Assembly: GCA_964440325.1 (NCBI GenBank)
Contig: CAYTRW010000003.1
Coordinates: 2,924 to 66,923, forward strand
Direction of reading: 5' to 3'
DNA: 64,000 nt
Origin: an uncultured Pseudomonadota bacterium
Lineage (GTDB): Bacteria > Babelota > Babeliae > Babelales > Vermiphilaceae
Both the position numbers and the translations under genes were made by a program. Shown here piece after piece: positions 1 through 8,934 of the stretch (the stretch's first letter is position 1; the number at the start of each line of letters is the position of its first letter). The notes under the pieces were generated by a model that made no database searches, was not told the origin of the DNA, and saw nothing but the letters and a program-made list of their open reading frames with translations.

Positions 1-3
1 GTT

Positions 4-1020
4 TTATTTGCTTTCAAACAATTTTTGGATGGTTGAAAGCGATCCAGCAAGAGATGTTGCTTCATAAGGAATAACAACAGTTTTGCCTTCTTTACCTTCT
101 GTTATTAAAGGCAATGTTTTTATATATTGCATGCCAATCATATACGATACAAGTTGTTCTTGTGGGACAGCTTGTTTTATTAACTCAATTGCTTTGAGCT
201 CTGCTGTTGCAGTGTTTAGTTTTGCTGTTGCTTCACCTTCTGAGCGAATAACGCGTGATTCAGCTTCACCTTTGGCGCGCAAAATTTGAGATTCTTGTTC
301 ACCTTCTGCTTCAAGAATAGCAGCTTGTTTTGCACCTTCAGAAAGAAGAATTTTTTCGCGACGTTCTCGCTCTGCACGCATCTGTTTTTCCATAGCATGT
401 CTGATGTCAGCAGGTGGGTTTACTTCTTGCAGTTCAACGCGATTAACTTTTACTCCCCATTTATCGGTTGCCTGATCAAGAATGATGCAAAGACGAGTGT
501 TGATGTCGTCTCGAGAAACAAGTGTTTCATCAAGATCCATTGATCCAATTACATTTCGCAACGTTGTTTGTGTAAGTTTTTCTATTGCCTCAGGAAGATT
601 AAATACTTCATAAATAGCAAAATGAGGATTGCTTATTTGGTAATACAAAAGCGCATTGATTTCCATTGTCACGTTATCTTTAGTAATAACGTTTTGCTTG
701 GGAAAGTCATATACTGCTTCTCGCAAATCTATGCGGTAGAGCTGTTTTTCATAGCGAACATAATGATTTCTTTTTTCTTCTTTAACAAAGGTCCACGTAA
801 CCGATCGTGGTTTTTCTATAAAAGGAGCGATCCAGTGTAGTCCAGGCTGTAAAATTCTATTAAATTTCCCAAATCGCTCAATGATTACGACTTCTGCTTG
901 ATGAACAAGCAAACAAGTTTTTGAAAAAAAATAAAATAAAAACCATAGTATAAAAAAGATTCCTACAGTAAGAATTTTAAATAATGCAAAAGTGTCTAGT
1001 GTGTGAAAGAGTGTGAACAT
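4..1020 (-). CDS. SPFH/band-7 (stomatin/paraslipin-like) membrane protein; C-terminus runs to the window edge (no stop seen)
   Basis: N-terminal TM helix followed by an SPFH core (EVVIIERFGKF..., ...NRVELQEVNPPADI...) and a Glu/Ala-rich coiled-coil tail typical of stomatin/HflC-like proteins. No stop codon lies before position 1. Confidence 0.8.
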   Translation of the reverse strand: MFTLFHTLDTFALFKILTVGIFFILWFLFYFFSKTCLLVHQAEVVIIERFGKFNRILQPGLHWIAPFIEKPRSVTWTFVKEEKRNHYVRYEKQLYRIDLREAVYDFPKQNVITKDNVTMEINALLYYQISNPHFAIYEVFNLPEAIEKLTQTTLRNVIGSMDLDETLVSRDDINTRLCIILDQATDKWGVKVNRVELQEVNPPADIRHAMEKQMRAERERREKILLSEGAKQAAILEAEGEQESQILRAKGEAESRVIRSEGEATAKLNTATAELKAIELIKQAVPQEQLVSYMIGMQYIKTLPLITEGKEGKTVVIPYEATSLAGSLSTIQKLFESK

Positions 1021-1072
1021 AATTGCCCCTCTAATATTTAAATCGTGTTGTTACAACGCTATTAGTATGAGT

Positions 1073-2386
1073 TTAAGGGTTTGTTCCTTTGTGTGAGAGA
1101 TACGCAGAGAAAAGTATAACAATAAAGATAAACCATTGATAGTGCAAATAAGGAAGGATGGCGATAGGGGAAATTTGCGCCAAAGAGCTAGCAAGAAGCA
1201 GTTGTGGTGCATAAGGAAGAATTCCTTGGCAGATACAAGCAGCAATATCAAGAAGAGAAGCTGCGCGTTGAGGGGGTATTTTTGTTTTATGTGCAAGCTG
1301 TTTTACAATCGGTCCTGCAACAAGAATGGTGATTGTATTAATTGCAATAAAGCTATTTATAAGCATGGTCATGCCTATAATAAATAGCTCCGCTGAGCGC
1401 GAAGAACGTATTTTAGTTGTTGAAATGGCAAGAAGATATTCGATTCCTCCATTTTGCTCAACAAGATGAGAAAGTCCGCCAATCAAAAATACAAGCACAA
1501 AAACTTCTTGCATGCCTCTGTCTTTAAAAAAACCTTCAAAAAAAAGGCTTGTTGCTTCAAATGGCGTAAATGTTCCCAGAGCAATGCCAATAATTAGTCC
1601 TGCAATGATCCCGATAAGGAGCAAAGATAAGACTTCAGCTCCACAGATTGCAAAAAATAAGAGCAAGATATAGGGCAAAATAGTGATAGGGTGATGCGCC
1701 AGAGGATACTGCGTAAGCTCGATTGCTTGAGGCACTATAAGGGTGTTATTAAAATATAATAATACCAAAATTGTCGCGATGAATGCAGGAAGCACCAAGA
1801 AAATATTTGTTTTAAATTTATCACGAGCACGCGCTCCAAGCATTTGTGTTGCTGCGATCGTAGTATCAGAGATAATAGATAAATTGTCACCAAGCATTGC
1901 GCCACTTACAACAATTCCTGCAAATAGTGCAGAATTTGCCTGTAGCATTTGTGCCATTTTAAACCCAATAGGCATAAATGCGGCAATCGCACTCATTGAT
2001 GATCCAACCGCTGTTGCAAATAAGCTTACAATGGTAAAAAACCCGGGCAAAAGCCACGCAGATGGCATAAAGGTGAGCCCCCATAAAACGGCTGCGTCAG
2101 TTCCTCCAATAAGTGAAAGAATGTGAGTAAATGCAGTGCTTAAGATAAAAATATATCCCATTGCGATAATGGTAGGCTGGGCGCTTCCTTGAATAAAGAG
2201 GTCAATACGTTTATTAAAAGGAATCGAGGAAGGGCATGTAGCTATAGCGTATAAACTTGCTAAAAGACATAAAAAAAGAGGAGATAAAGGATTTTTTAAA
2301 AAAACTGAAGAAAAAACAAAGAGTCCAATAAAGAGAAAAAATGGAATCAATGACGAAAGTGATTTCTTTTGACACGTAAAAAACAT
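1073..2386 (-). CDS. Polytopic membrane transporter, NhaC-family Na+/H+ antiporter-like
   Basis: About 12 predicted TM segments over 437 aa, with a GDNLSIISDTTI motif like NhaC-type antiporters. Family assignment is by motif recall only. Confidence 0.55.
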   Translation of the reverse strand: MFFTCQKKSLSSLIPFFLFIGLFVFSSVFLKNPLSPLFLCLLASLYAIATCPSSIPFNKRIDLFIQGSAQPTIIAMGYIFILSTAFTHILSLIGGTDAAVLWGLTFMPSAWLLPGFFTIVSLFATAVGSSMSAIAAFMPIGFKMAQMLQANSALFAGIVVSGAMLGDNLSIISDTTIAATQMLGARARDKFKTNIFLVLPAFIATILVLLYFNNTLIVPQAIELTQYPLAHHPITILPYILLLFFAICGAEVLSLLLIGIIAGLIIGIALGTFTPFEATSLFFEGFFKDRGMQEVFVLVFLIGGLSHLVEQNGGIEYLLAISTTKIRSSRSAELFIIGMTMLINSFIAINTITILVAGPIVKQLAHKTKIPPQRAASLLDIAACICQGILPYAPQLLLASSLAQISPIAILPYLHYQWFIFIVILFSAYLSHKGTNP

Positions 2387-2580
2387 ACTTTTTGACTTTT
2401 AAGGGTAAGGCATATGTGTTTAGTGTAAACGTCAAAGATTACCTGTCAATGAATATCAATTGTTTAATCTGGTTTTAAGGCGCTATCTGATAGTCAACAT
2501 GGTTTATGTTGCAACAAACAGCGCCTGTGTACTATCTTTTTTAGCAATATGTCTTTTTAATTTAAAAAAGGAGATTCTGT

Positions 2581-2787
2581 ATGGAAAAGTTTATACAAGC
2601 TTTGGATCCTTTTTACAAAGGGGTTGCTATGATTCTTGCAGGAAGCATGCTTTTATTGCATACACTTGGCTTTTTAGAAAAGGGGCTAGGGTTTGTTTTA
2701 GCAGGCTTTTCTTTGTATCTCATTATTCAAGGGATGCGTATTTCTGGATTATATACCAAAATTCAAAACATGCTTTCAAAACCATAG
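2581..2787 (+). CDS. Small hypothetical membrane protein (68 aa, two hydrophobic helices)
   Basis: ORF with two hydrophobic stretches, convergent with the MscK-like gene. No recognisable homology. Confidence 0.25.
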   Translation: MEKFIQALDPFYKGVAMILAGSMLLLHTLGFLEKGLGFVLAGFSLYLIIQGMRISGLYTKIQNMLSKP

Positions 2788-2795
2788 GTTACGAA

Positions 2796-5700
2796 TCATT
2801 GTTCAGGTTCAATAATGTCTTGTACATCCTCAAGCCCATCTTTTAAAACAACGCGGAAAGGAAGTGCAAGACGAATATTTTTTGATTGTAATGATCGAGC
2901 GATATTCATTCGTACGTCACTTGCAATATTCCACATTTCAAGCGTATACACTGAGCTTATAAATCCTCGAACCATAAAGCGATATCCTTGTGTTTCAAAC
3001 TTTTCAAGGCGAACGATAGGTTTTGGATTTCTGAGCACTTGTGGGTGTGATGCAACGGCTTGATATAAAAGATCGCGTACGACATCTGCATTTTCTTTGT
3101 AATCAATAAAGACATCAATGTCATCAAATGCGATAAAATTACGTACATAGTTCCAGTTGATGATTGAGCGTGCAATTATTTGTGAGTTTGGAATAACAAT
3201 GGTGGTACTGTTTTTGCGACGGATAATAACACAGCGTGCAGTAATGCGTTGCACAACACCCTGGGTTTCTTCTTCAAGACGAATATAATCGCCTATTTTT
3301 ATAGGACGTTGAATCAAAATAATAAAGTATGCAATAAAGTCGCCAAGAGGTTCTCTTATATTCCAACCAAGTCCAAGTAATGCAGCACCAATTACCCAAA
3401 CAATAAAATCGCCAAGTCCAACGTTTCTAAATCCAATAGCGATAGTAATGAGTACTAAAAAGTATTGAATAAGTCTTACCGTTGCATGTTGAACACCGGA
3501 GTCAATCAAAAGGAGATCAAAAATTTTATCCAAAACAAATCGATTTATCGCATATGCGGCAATAAATCCTCCAAGGACAAATCCTATAATTTCTAGCAAT
3601 GAAGCAAGAGAAATAGGCGTTGTCGTTTGCTCTAAGATAATTGGTTTATTGAGGAGCGTTACAAAATCTTTAATGGCAATTGGCCAGCCCCAAATTTTTG
3701 CTCCAACCATAATGCCTAAAAAGCTGAGCATCAAAAATGAAGTAATTATCAAAAGTCCAAACCATGTGCGTGCATGAGAAAAGCGTTCGCGAATGATATC
3801 TTCTCCTGAAAAGAAAAAGATATATGAAGATGTTTTTTTGACCTTACCATGAATCCAGATAAGAAATTTAAAGAGAACAACCGTGTAAAAAATATTGGAA
3901 AGCATGTATAAAACAAGTTGCCCAAACCCAATATAAGGATTACTTAAAATAATAATTGTTATTGCAATAAGAAGAATGAGATAAAAGTAGGTTTCTACTT
4001 GAGTTCTAATCCAAAGCCATCCTACATTTTTTGAAGGGATAATGCTTATAATTTGTTCTTTTGAGATAAGAAAGATTAATGAAATCTGGAAGATAATAAA
4101 GTTTATAGCTAATAAAATGGTTGGAAGTTCGGAGTGATAATGGCTTGCAAGAATAAAGGCTTGTCGTAAAAAGAATATAATAATCGTTGCATGCGCTAAC
4201 GTTGCCATCAAAATGATAAATCTATTTTGGAAGTCCGCAGATAAAAGAGCATAGTCCGATTGCACATTAAACTGTAAAAAAGCTTTTGTAAAACGGTATG
4301 TAAGATATGAAAGATACGGGATAGAAAAGAGATAGAAAAATACAAAAGAGTATGTGTCTGGTGCAAATTGATAGAGAAGGAAAAGGAGAAAAATCCAAAA
4401 ATGTATCGCTCCAAAATTGCGCGAAGTAAATTGGCAAAAAAGTGCAATAATAGTTGAAAGGTATCTAATAAAACCAGTATATTTTTTCCCAAATCCCAAG
4501 AAGAATCGTGCTAAAAAAGAAGCATATTGCCGTATTAAGAAGAATATGAATAGCAATAAAAAGAGTTTTGATAAGAAGAAAATAAATGAAAAGCGATTAT
4601 GAATGAGCTCTTTTACACGCTTGACGAGCGTTTTTGATTCAAATCGTGTTGCATGAGAATATGCATCCACAAAAAAGAGAGAAAGATCGGTGACAATTGA
4701 TTGAATACCATGAAGTGTTATTGCGTATTCAGGGCGATACCACATTGTTTTTGATTGAAGTTCACTTACAATAAAATCTATTAATCGAATGGTATTTGTT
4801 GTTTCCGCAATAGATCCAGAATATGCTGCAGTAAGTTGCCCAAGAATATCAATCTTTTTTTGCACATCAAGGTGAGCTTGCTCTGTTAGACTTAAAAGTT
4901 GAGTAAGTAATTCGGCATTTTGTTTAAAGATGCCATTTTTTTGTCGGGAAATAAGTTCTTCCCATGCATGAATATTGTCAAGAACCTTTTTTTGTTGCCC
5001 AAGTTGTTCAGCAACAGCGTTCATCTTTTCTTTAAGTTGTGCGATGGTGCCTAAGCATTCCGTTTTTTGTAATTTATATGAATCAAGTTCTTGAGTAATG
5101 TTTTCTTCAGAAAAAAACTTGTGTTCTATCATGCGATAGTACGATTCTTTTGCCTTGAGTTGTACATTTGCAAAATTAAATTTTTCATCTTCAAGAGCAA
5201 TAAGGGCTTGAAGCCGCTCAATTTCTTTTTTGATAAGTGAAATATGGGCATTTAGGGTTGAGATGCGGGTAACACCAGCATATGATCCTATTGTGTGGCG
5301 CGTATCGCTGGACCAATCATCAATTTCTTTTCCAAGCGAAATTCCTTCCTCCTTGCATAGATGTTCAAGAAGAAGCTCCTGCTCTTTAAGAGACGTTAAA
5401 AGTTTGTTGCGCTCTTCTTGATAAGTTTCTTTTTTGGCTAAATATTCTTTTTTTATCTGAGCAACGCTTTCTTTTTCTGCAATAACATCTATTTCTCCAA
5501 TGCGAATACTGTTTTTTATGAGGCGAAACATCTTTTGCATGGTGTCAAGACGCATTTTTTCAACAAACGTTTTTGTTTGTGAAAAAGTGATACGCTGCTT
5601 CATTTCTGTGGTTCTGAGCTCTTCCCATTCTTTGCGCGCAGCTGAAAGTTGATCAAGATAACGAATCGCTTCTTCTACGCGTTTTTTATCTAATGAATGT

Positions 5701-6353
5701 GTTGACGAAGCAACAAAAAGAGATTCCAGTTCATTTAGAGCTCGAGTATGTTCTTCTTGAGATGCTTGTGTTGCAGCTTTGCGATTGCTTTTTTCTGTTT
5801 GAAGATTTTTTTCTTGTTCAGCTAATTGAGCAATCAGAGCTTCTTGCCCAATAATTTGATTGTATACTTTGTATTCATCTTCAAAGGTATAATAAGAGCG
5901 TTCCTTGGCTGTGTATTCACGTTTAAATGATTCAAATTCTGCATCATCAAGGTATATGCGCAAATAGCGTATAAATTCTTGCAGCAAGATACGCAAATTC
6001 CCTCGCACTTGGAGCATTTCTTTAAGAGTTAAGACAGTTTCTTTTAAGAAAGAAAGAGATTTGCTCAAAATAACATTGTTTTTATTTACAGAAAGTTCTT
6101 CTTCAAGGGCATCTATATGATTATTGGTAGATTCTATGGCAACGCTGATTTTTTTTACAACGTCAGGTTCGTCTTTTTCAAGCTTGGAAAGAGCGTCAAG
6201 AGCGGTACGCAGCAGAGTTCTTTTTTCATCAGTAGCGCTTACAAATAGATTTTCAGGAGCTTGAGGTTTTAGCAGGTTGGTTAGCGTATTGGAAGCAAGA
6301 AGTGGAGAAAAATTTGTTCCAAGGAGCAACAAAAAAAAACACAACAAAAACAC
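2796..6353 (-). CDS. MscK/KefA-family mechanosensitive channel (signal peptide, long periplasmic coiled-coil domain, 11-12 TM, C-terminal MscS domain)
   Basis: N-terminal signal peptide, about 480 aa of coiled-coil-rich sequence, a multi-TM block, then an MscS-type beta domain (IGDYIRLEEETQGVVQRITARCVIIRRKNSTTIVIPNSQI...). The 1185 aa length is typical of MscK/MscM. Confidence 0.8.
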   Translation of the reverse strand: MFLLCFFLLLLGTNFSPLLASNTLTNLLKPQAPENLFVSATDEKRTLLRTALDALSKLEKDEPDVVKKISVAIESTNNHIDALEEELSVNKNNVILSKSLSFLKETVLTLKEMLQVRGNLRILLQEFIRYLRIYLDDAEFESFKREYTAKERSYYTFEDEYKVYNQIIGQEALIAQLAEQEKNLQTEKSNRKAATQASQEEHTRALNELESLFVASSTHSLDKKRVEEAIRYLDQLSAARKEWEELRTTEMKQRITFSQTKTFVEKMRLDTMQKMFRLIKNSIRIGEIDVIAEKESVAQIKKEYLAKKETYQEERNKLLTSLKEQELLLEHLCKEEGISLGKEIDDWSSDTRHTIGSYAGVTRISTLNAHISLIKKEIERLQALIALEDEKFNFANVQLKAKESYYRMIEHKFFSEENITQELDSYKLQKTECLGTIAQLKEKMNAVAEQLGQQKKVLDNIHAWEELISRQKNGIFKQNAELLTQLLSLTEQAHLDVQKKIDILGQLTAAYSGSIAETTNTIRLIDFIVSELQSKTMWYRPEYAITLHGIQSIVTDLSLFFVDAYSHATRFESKTLVKRVKELIHNRFSFIFFLSKLFLLLFIFFLIRQYASFLARFFLGFGKKYTGFIRYLSTIIALFCQFTSRNFGAIHFWIFLLFLLYQFAPDTYSFVFFYLFSIPYLSYLTYRFTKAFLQFNVQSDYALLSADFQNRFIILMATLAHATIIIFFLRQAFILASHYHSELPTILLAINFIIFQISLIFLISKEQIISIIPSKNVGWLWIRTQVETYFYLILLIAITIIILSNPYIGFGQLVLYMLSNIFYTVVLFKFLIWIHGKVKKTSSYIFFFSGEDIIRERFSHARTWFGLLIITSFLMLSFLGIMVGAKIWGWPIAIKDFVTLLNKPIILEQTTTPISLASLLEIIGFVLGGFIAAYAINRFVLDKIFDLLLIDSGVQHATVRLIQYFLVLITIAIGFRNVGLGDFIVWVIGAALLGLGWNIREPLGDFIAYFIILIQRPIKIGDYIRLEEETQGVVQRITARCVIIRRKNSTTIVIPNSQIIARSIINWNYVRNFIAFDDIDVFIDYKENADVVRDLLYQAVASHPQVLRNPKPIVRLEKFETQGYRFMVRGFISSVYTLEMWNIASDVRMNIARSLQSKNIRLALPFRVVLKDGLEDVQDIIEPEQ

Positions 6354-6364
6354 TCTTTTCCTTC

Positions 6365-6994
6365 TCAGATTAAATTATGAATGTGTAAAAATTGTCTTGT
6401 TTTAAATCCATTGATAGTGAAATGTTCTTGCACGCATGCTTTAAGCCACTCATCAATAATGTATTCATCAGCTAAATGTAAAGACTCTTTGCGTATCATG
6501 TCAATAGGATGAGTAGAAAGCTGCATTATTTTTTTATGTATTCCAAATGGGATGAAGCCAGAAATATAAAAAAGAAGACATAAAAATGTTTTTTTTTCTA
6601 ATGCTGAAAGATTTTGTTTCTTGAAAAGATGCAGGCATAAGTCAAAAATAGTTTTATCGTTCATGCCAATTGGTAAAAGATAGGTAATTAATTCAAATAC
6701 ATGGTGGACAAAAAGAATGTCTTGTTGCGCCATATAAAGAGGCAGATCTAATAATGTAATAGAAGAAAGAGATGTTCTATTGTTTATCGTAGTGTATTCA
6801 AAAGAAATAAGAGCACCGGTTGAAATAAGAATATTTTGATTGTATATTGCGTCGACTCGTCCAAGCATGTTCCCAAGTAAAGATATCTTTTGTTTATGAA
6901 GATGTTTTTTTAAGACAATTGCGATGTGCATGCTCGTACATATATTTTTAAATTTGATATAAAAATGACACTTTACTGTAACATAAAGTGTCAT
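6365..6994 (-). CDS. Hypothetical protein; the true start is probably the internal Met (MHIAIVL..., about 6931), because the annotated N-terminus is a translated hairpin
   Basis: Long ORF with no recognisable motifs. Its first about 20 codons coincide with a perfect 14-bp inverted repeat at 6962-6997. There is a weak resemblance to a RecO-like N-terminal region. Confidence 0.35.
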   Translation of the reverse strand: MTLYVTVKCHFYIKFKNICTSMHIAIVLKKHLHKQKISLLGNMLGRVDAIYNQNILISTGALISFEYTTINNRTSLSSITLLDLPLYMAQQDILFVHHVFELITYLLPIGMNDKTIFDLCLHLFKKQNLSALEKKTFLCLLFYISGFIPFGIHKKIMQLSTHPIDMIRKESLHLADEYIIDEWLKACVQEHFTINGFKTRQFLHIHNLI

Positions 6995-6997
6995 TTT
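6962..6997. promoter_or_regulatory. Perfect 14-bp inverted repeat (AAAATGACACTTTA-N8-TAAAGTGTCATTTT): hairpin or palindromic operator
   Basis: Seen directly in sequence: the left arm at 6962-6975 is the reverse complement of the right arm at 6984-6997. It lies immediately 5' of the minus-strand hypothetical gene and 3' of a possible unannotated small ORF (7021-7182, -). Confidence 0.4.
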
Positions 6998-7020
6998 TAT
7001 ACAAAATGATTCTCTTTTTA

Positions 7021-7182
7021 TGGTCGATTATTTACACCTCTTAGGACTGTAAATTTTCGAGCGGGTGTTACAAAGTATTGTTGATTGGTTTGTGTAAATA
7101 CAATTTGTTGATGATTAGTATTTGGTTGTTGAACGCCGAATAATGAAAGAAATGAGACAATAAAAGCTTGTATTGTTTGCAT
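7021..7182 (-). CDS. Possible unannotated small ORF (54 aa, MQTIQAFIVSFLSLFGVQQPNTNHQQ...) with a hydrophobic N-terminus
   Basis: Hand-translated ATG..TAA ORF on the minus strand inside the long 6995-7410 intergenic region. Same orientation as the neighbouring small secreted-protein genes. No obvious SD. Confidence 0.15.
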
Positions 7183-7410
7183 AAAAATAAAGATTAAAAA
7201 TGTTTTATAAATGATAGGTTATGATACGTATTGATTTTTTTTGAATATGCAGCTATATCAACTGATTTTTGCATGATGAGCTGCGTAAACATATATTATG
7301 GAGCAATCAAATTTTTATTTTTTTTACTCCATAATATCCAATTGCCCCCATTCTTTAAAAGAGCAAAAGTTGGTTGCTATATTATAAAAGCATAGCTTAA
7401 ATAATATATT

Positions 7411-7665
7411 TTAGGGTTCTTCTCTTCTTCGCTTTATCCCCTCGTTCCCGTCGTGATCTTCTGAACGTGGGTTTTTTTGAGAAATTTTTTGTCGTGCTTC
7501 AGTTCTACTATTTTTTTCGCCAAACATATCCTGGGAGGACTTTTTTGGGGGAGTAGGGACTGTATATACAAGATTGTTAAATGCATTTCTAGGCGGAGTC
7601 ATAGGTCTATGGGCTGCTTGTAACGTTGAAGCAAGGACAACAATGCATAAAAATAGTTTTTTCAT
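7411..7665 (-). CDS. Small secreted basic/Pro-rich protein (family member A)
   Basis: Signal peptide MKKLFLCIVVLASTLQA followed by HRPMTPPRNAF... Its start overlaps the stop of member B in the ATGA style. Confidence 0.5.
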   Translation of the reverse strand: MKKLFLCIVVLASTLQAAHRPMTPPRNAFNNLVYTVPTPPKKSSQDMFGEKNSRTEARQKISQKNPRSEDHDGNEGIKRRREEP

Positions 7666-8000
7666 GACAATGTTCCAAAAAGTTTGCGAGAGGCAGGTGA
7701 GAGTGAAATTTCATCTTTCTTTTCTTTTTTGTATCCGGCAAGAAAAGCTCTTACTTTTCCTTCTTCTTTTAAACCAGGAAGCCATTGACGATAGGCTGCA
7801 TATTGTTCTTCGGCTTCTTCTAAAAATTTTTCAGCCTTTTTTTCAGCCTTTTTTTGAGGATTAAAACTGTTTACAGGATTTAATCTTTTTCTCTTTGGAG
7901 TGTTTAGTGGCCATTCTAGAGGGTTAGGTTGTCTTTGCCCAGAAAAAGCAGATATCCCAAATAAGGAAGTAAGAATTGCAAGTGTCCATTTGTTGCGCAT
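7662..8000 (-). CDS. Small secreted basic/Pro-rich protein (family member B)
   Basis: Signal peptide MRNKWTLAILTSLFGISAFSG followed by QRQPNPLEWPLNTPKRKR..., then a Lys/Glu-rich tail. Confidence 0.5.
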   Translation of the reverse strand: MRNKWTLAILTSLFGISAFSGQRQPNPLEWPLNTPKRKRLNPVNSFNPQKKAEKKAEKFLEEAEEQYAAYRQWLPGLKEEGKVRAFLAGYKKEKKDEISLSPASRKLFGTLS

Positions 8001-8149
8001 ATGTTTTTTCTTTTTTTTAAAAGATTTTTTGTTTTATAAATACAAAAGGATAATAGATGTCAAAAACAAAATGTAGCAAAAGTAAAACCAAAAGCAACTA
8101 AAATAGAATTGTTAGGCAAAAAAGATTGATTTGTATTCAAAAAATAAAA

Positions 8150-8201
8150 AAAGATTCAGAGGAGAGATGAGAGTATAATTTTTTATACTCTCATCTCTCC
8201 T
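8150..8201 (-). terminator. Intrinsic terminator after small-protein gene C: perfect 17-bp stem, 7-nt loop, then a T-run on the minus strand
   Basis: GGAGAGATGAGAGTATA (8161-8177) is the exact reverse complement of TATACTCTCATCTCTCC (8185-8201). On the minus strand it is followed by TCTGAATC then TTTTTTTATTTTTT. Confidence 0.7.
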
Positions 8202-8204
8202 ATC

Positions 8205-8453
8205 TTAGTTTTGGTTATTATTGCGTTGGATGTTTAAGTCTGTGTTATTTTGATCTTCACGCAATTCCATGTTCGCTATTTGCTCAATTATACCAGCAAG
8301 AGATCTTTTAGCATTTCTGTTGCTGTTGTTAATATTTAAAAACTCTTGCGAAGGAGCTTTTTTTGGCGCAGGAGGACAAGTGGGTCTTTGTGCGCCTGAT
8401 ACAATATGTGTGAATCCAAGAAATGTAATACAGCATAATAGTTTTTTAAGCAT
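8205..8453 (-). CDS. Small secreted basic/Pro-rich protein (family member C)
   Basis: Signal peptide MLKKLLCCITFLGFTHIVSGA followed by QRPTCPPAPKKAP... Confidence 0.5.
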   Translation of the reverse strand: MLKKLLCCITFLGFTHIVSGAQRPTCPPAPKKAPSQEFLNINNSNRNAKRSLAGIIEQIANMELREDQNNTDLNIQRNNNQN

Positions 8454-8481
8454 AAAATTCCATTTACTTTTGTGTGAGTTT

Positions 8482-8847
8482 TTAGCGTCTTTGCCTTTTT
8501 GCGACTTGTATTTCTGCGGGATACTCTCTCTCTCTTATTCTTGAAGTAACCCCTTCATTTATTAGCCCTATTGCAGGTAAAGTTGTAAAAGAGGGTGCAT
8601 ATGTTCCAGTAATAGGTGGAACTACGGGGGCTATTGTAGGTGGAATTGTAAAGTTGAGTACGTGTGGAATTAATACGGCATAAATTTGATTTGGAAAAGC
8701 ATAGAGGTCCTCATCTCTTTTTGTTTTTCTCTGTGGAGCCTGATTGGATGGATAGGTTCGGGCTCTAGGAGGAGTGGTGTATCCTGCTGCATGTACTATG
8801 TTTGTAAATAGTATGACGCCTGTAAAAAACAATATTTTTTTAGTCAT
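8482..8847 (-). CDS. Small secreted Pro-rich protein (family member D)
   Basis: Signal peptide MTKKILFFTGVILFTNIVHAA followed by GYTTPPRARTYPSNQAPQRKTKR... and a Pro-rich middle (TIPPTIAPVVPPITGTYAPS). Confidence 0.5.
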   Translation of the reverse strand: MTKKILFFTGVILFTNIVHAAGYTTPPRARTYPSNQAPQRKTKRDEDLYAFPNQIYAVLIPHVLNFTIPPTIAPVVPPITGTYAPSFTTLPAIGLINEGVTSRIREREYPAEIQVAKRQRR

Positions 8848-8934
8848 GTTGTAACTCCATGTAGTAATAGAACAAGTAGGAATAAAAAATAAGCGGACAA
8901 AATTCTTTATCTGCTTATGGGGTTTTTAGAAAAA

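Noticed and set aside
83-840. Plus-strand ORFs (83-289, 286-543, 568-840) overlapping the SPFH gene
   Set aside because: They overlap a well-supported minus-strand SPFH gene and have no motifs or RBS. Judged to be artefacts of AT-rich sequence.
2796-6353. Possibility that the 1185-aa coiled-coil protein is an SMC-like or chromosome-partition protein
   Set aside because: It has a signal peptide, a multi-TM block and a C-terminal MscS beta-domain motif. This is an MscK/KefA-type channel, not SMC.
6365-6994. Assignment of the 209-aa hypothetical protein as RecO
   Set aside because: Only a vague resemblance to the RecO N-terminal OB region; no zinc-finger or other diagnostic motif. Left as hypothetical.
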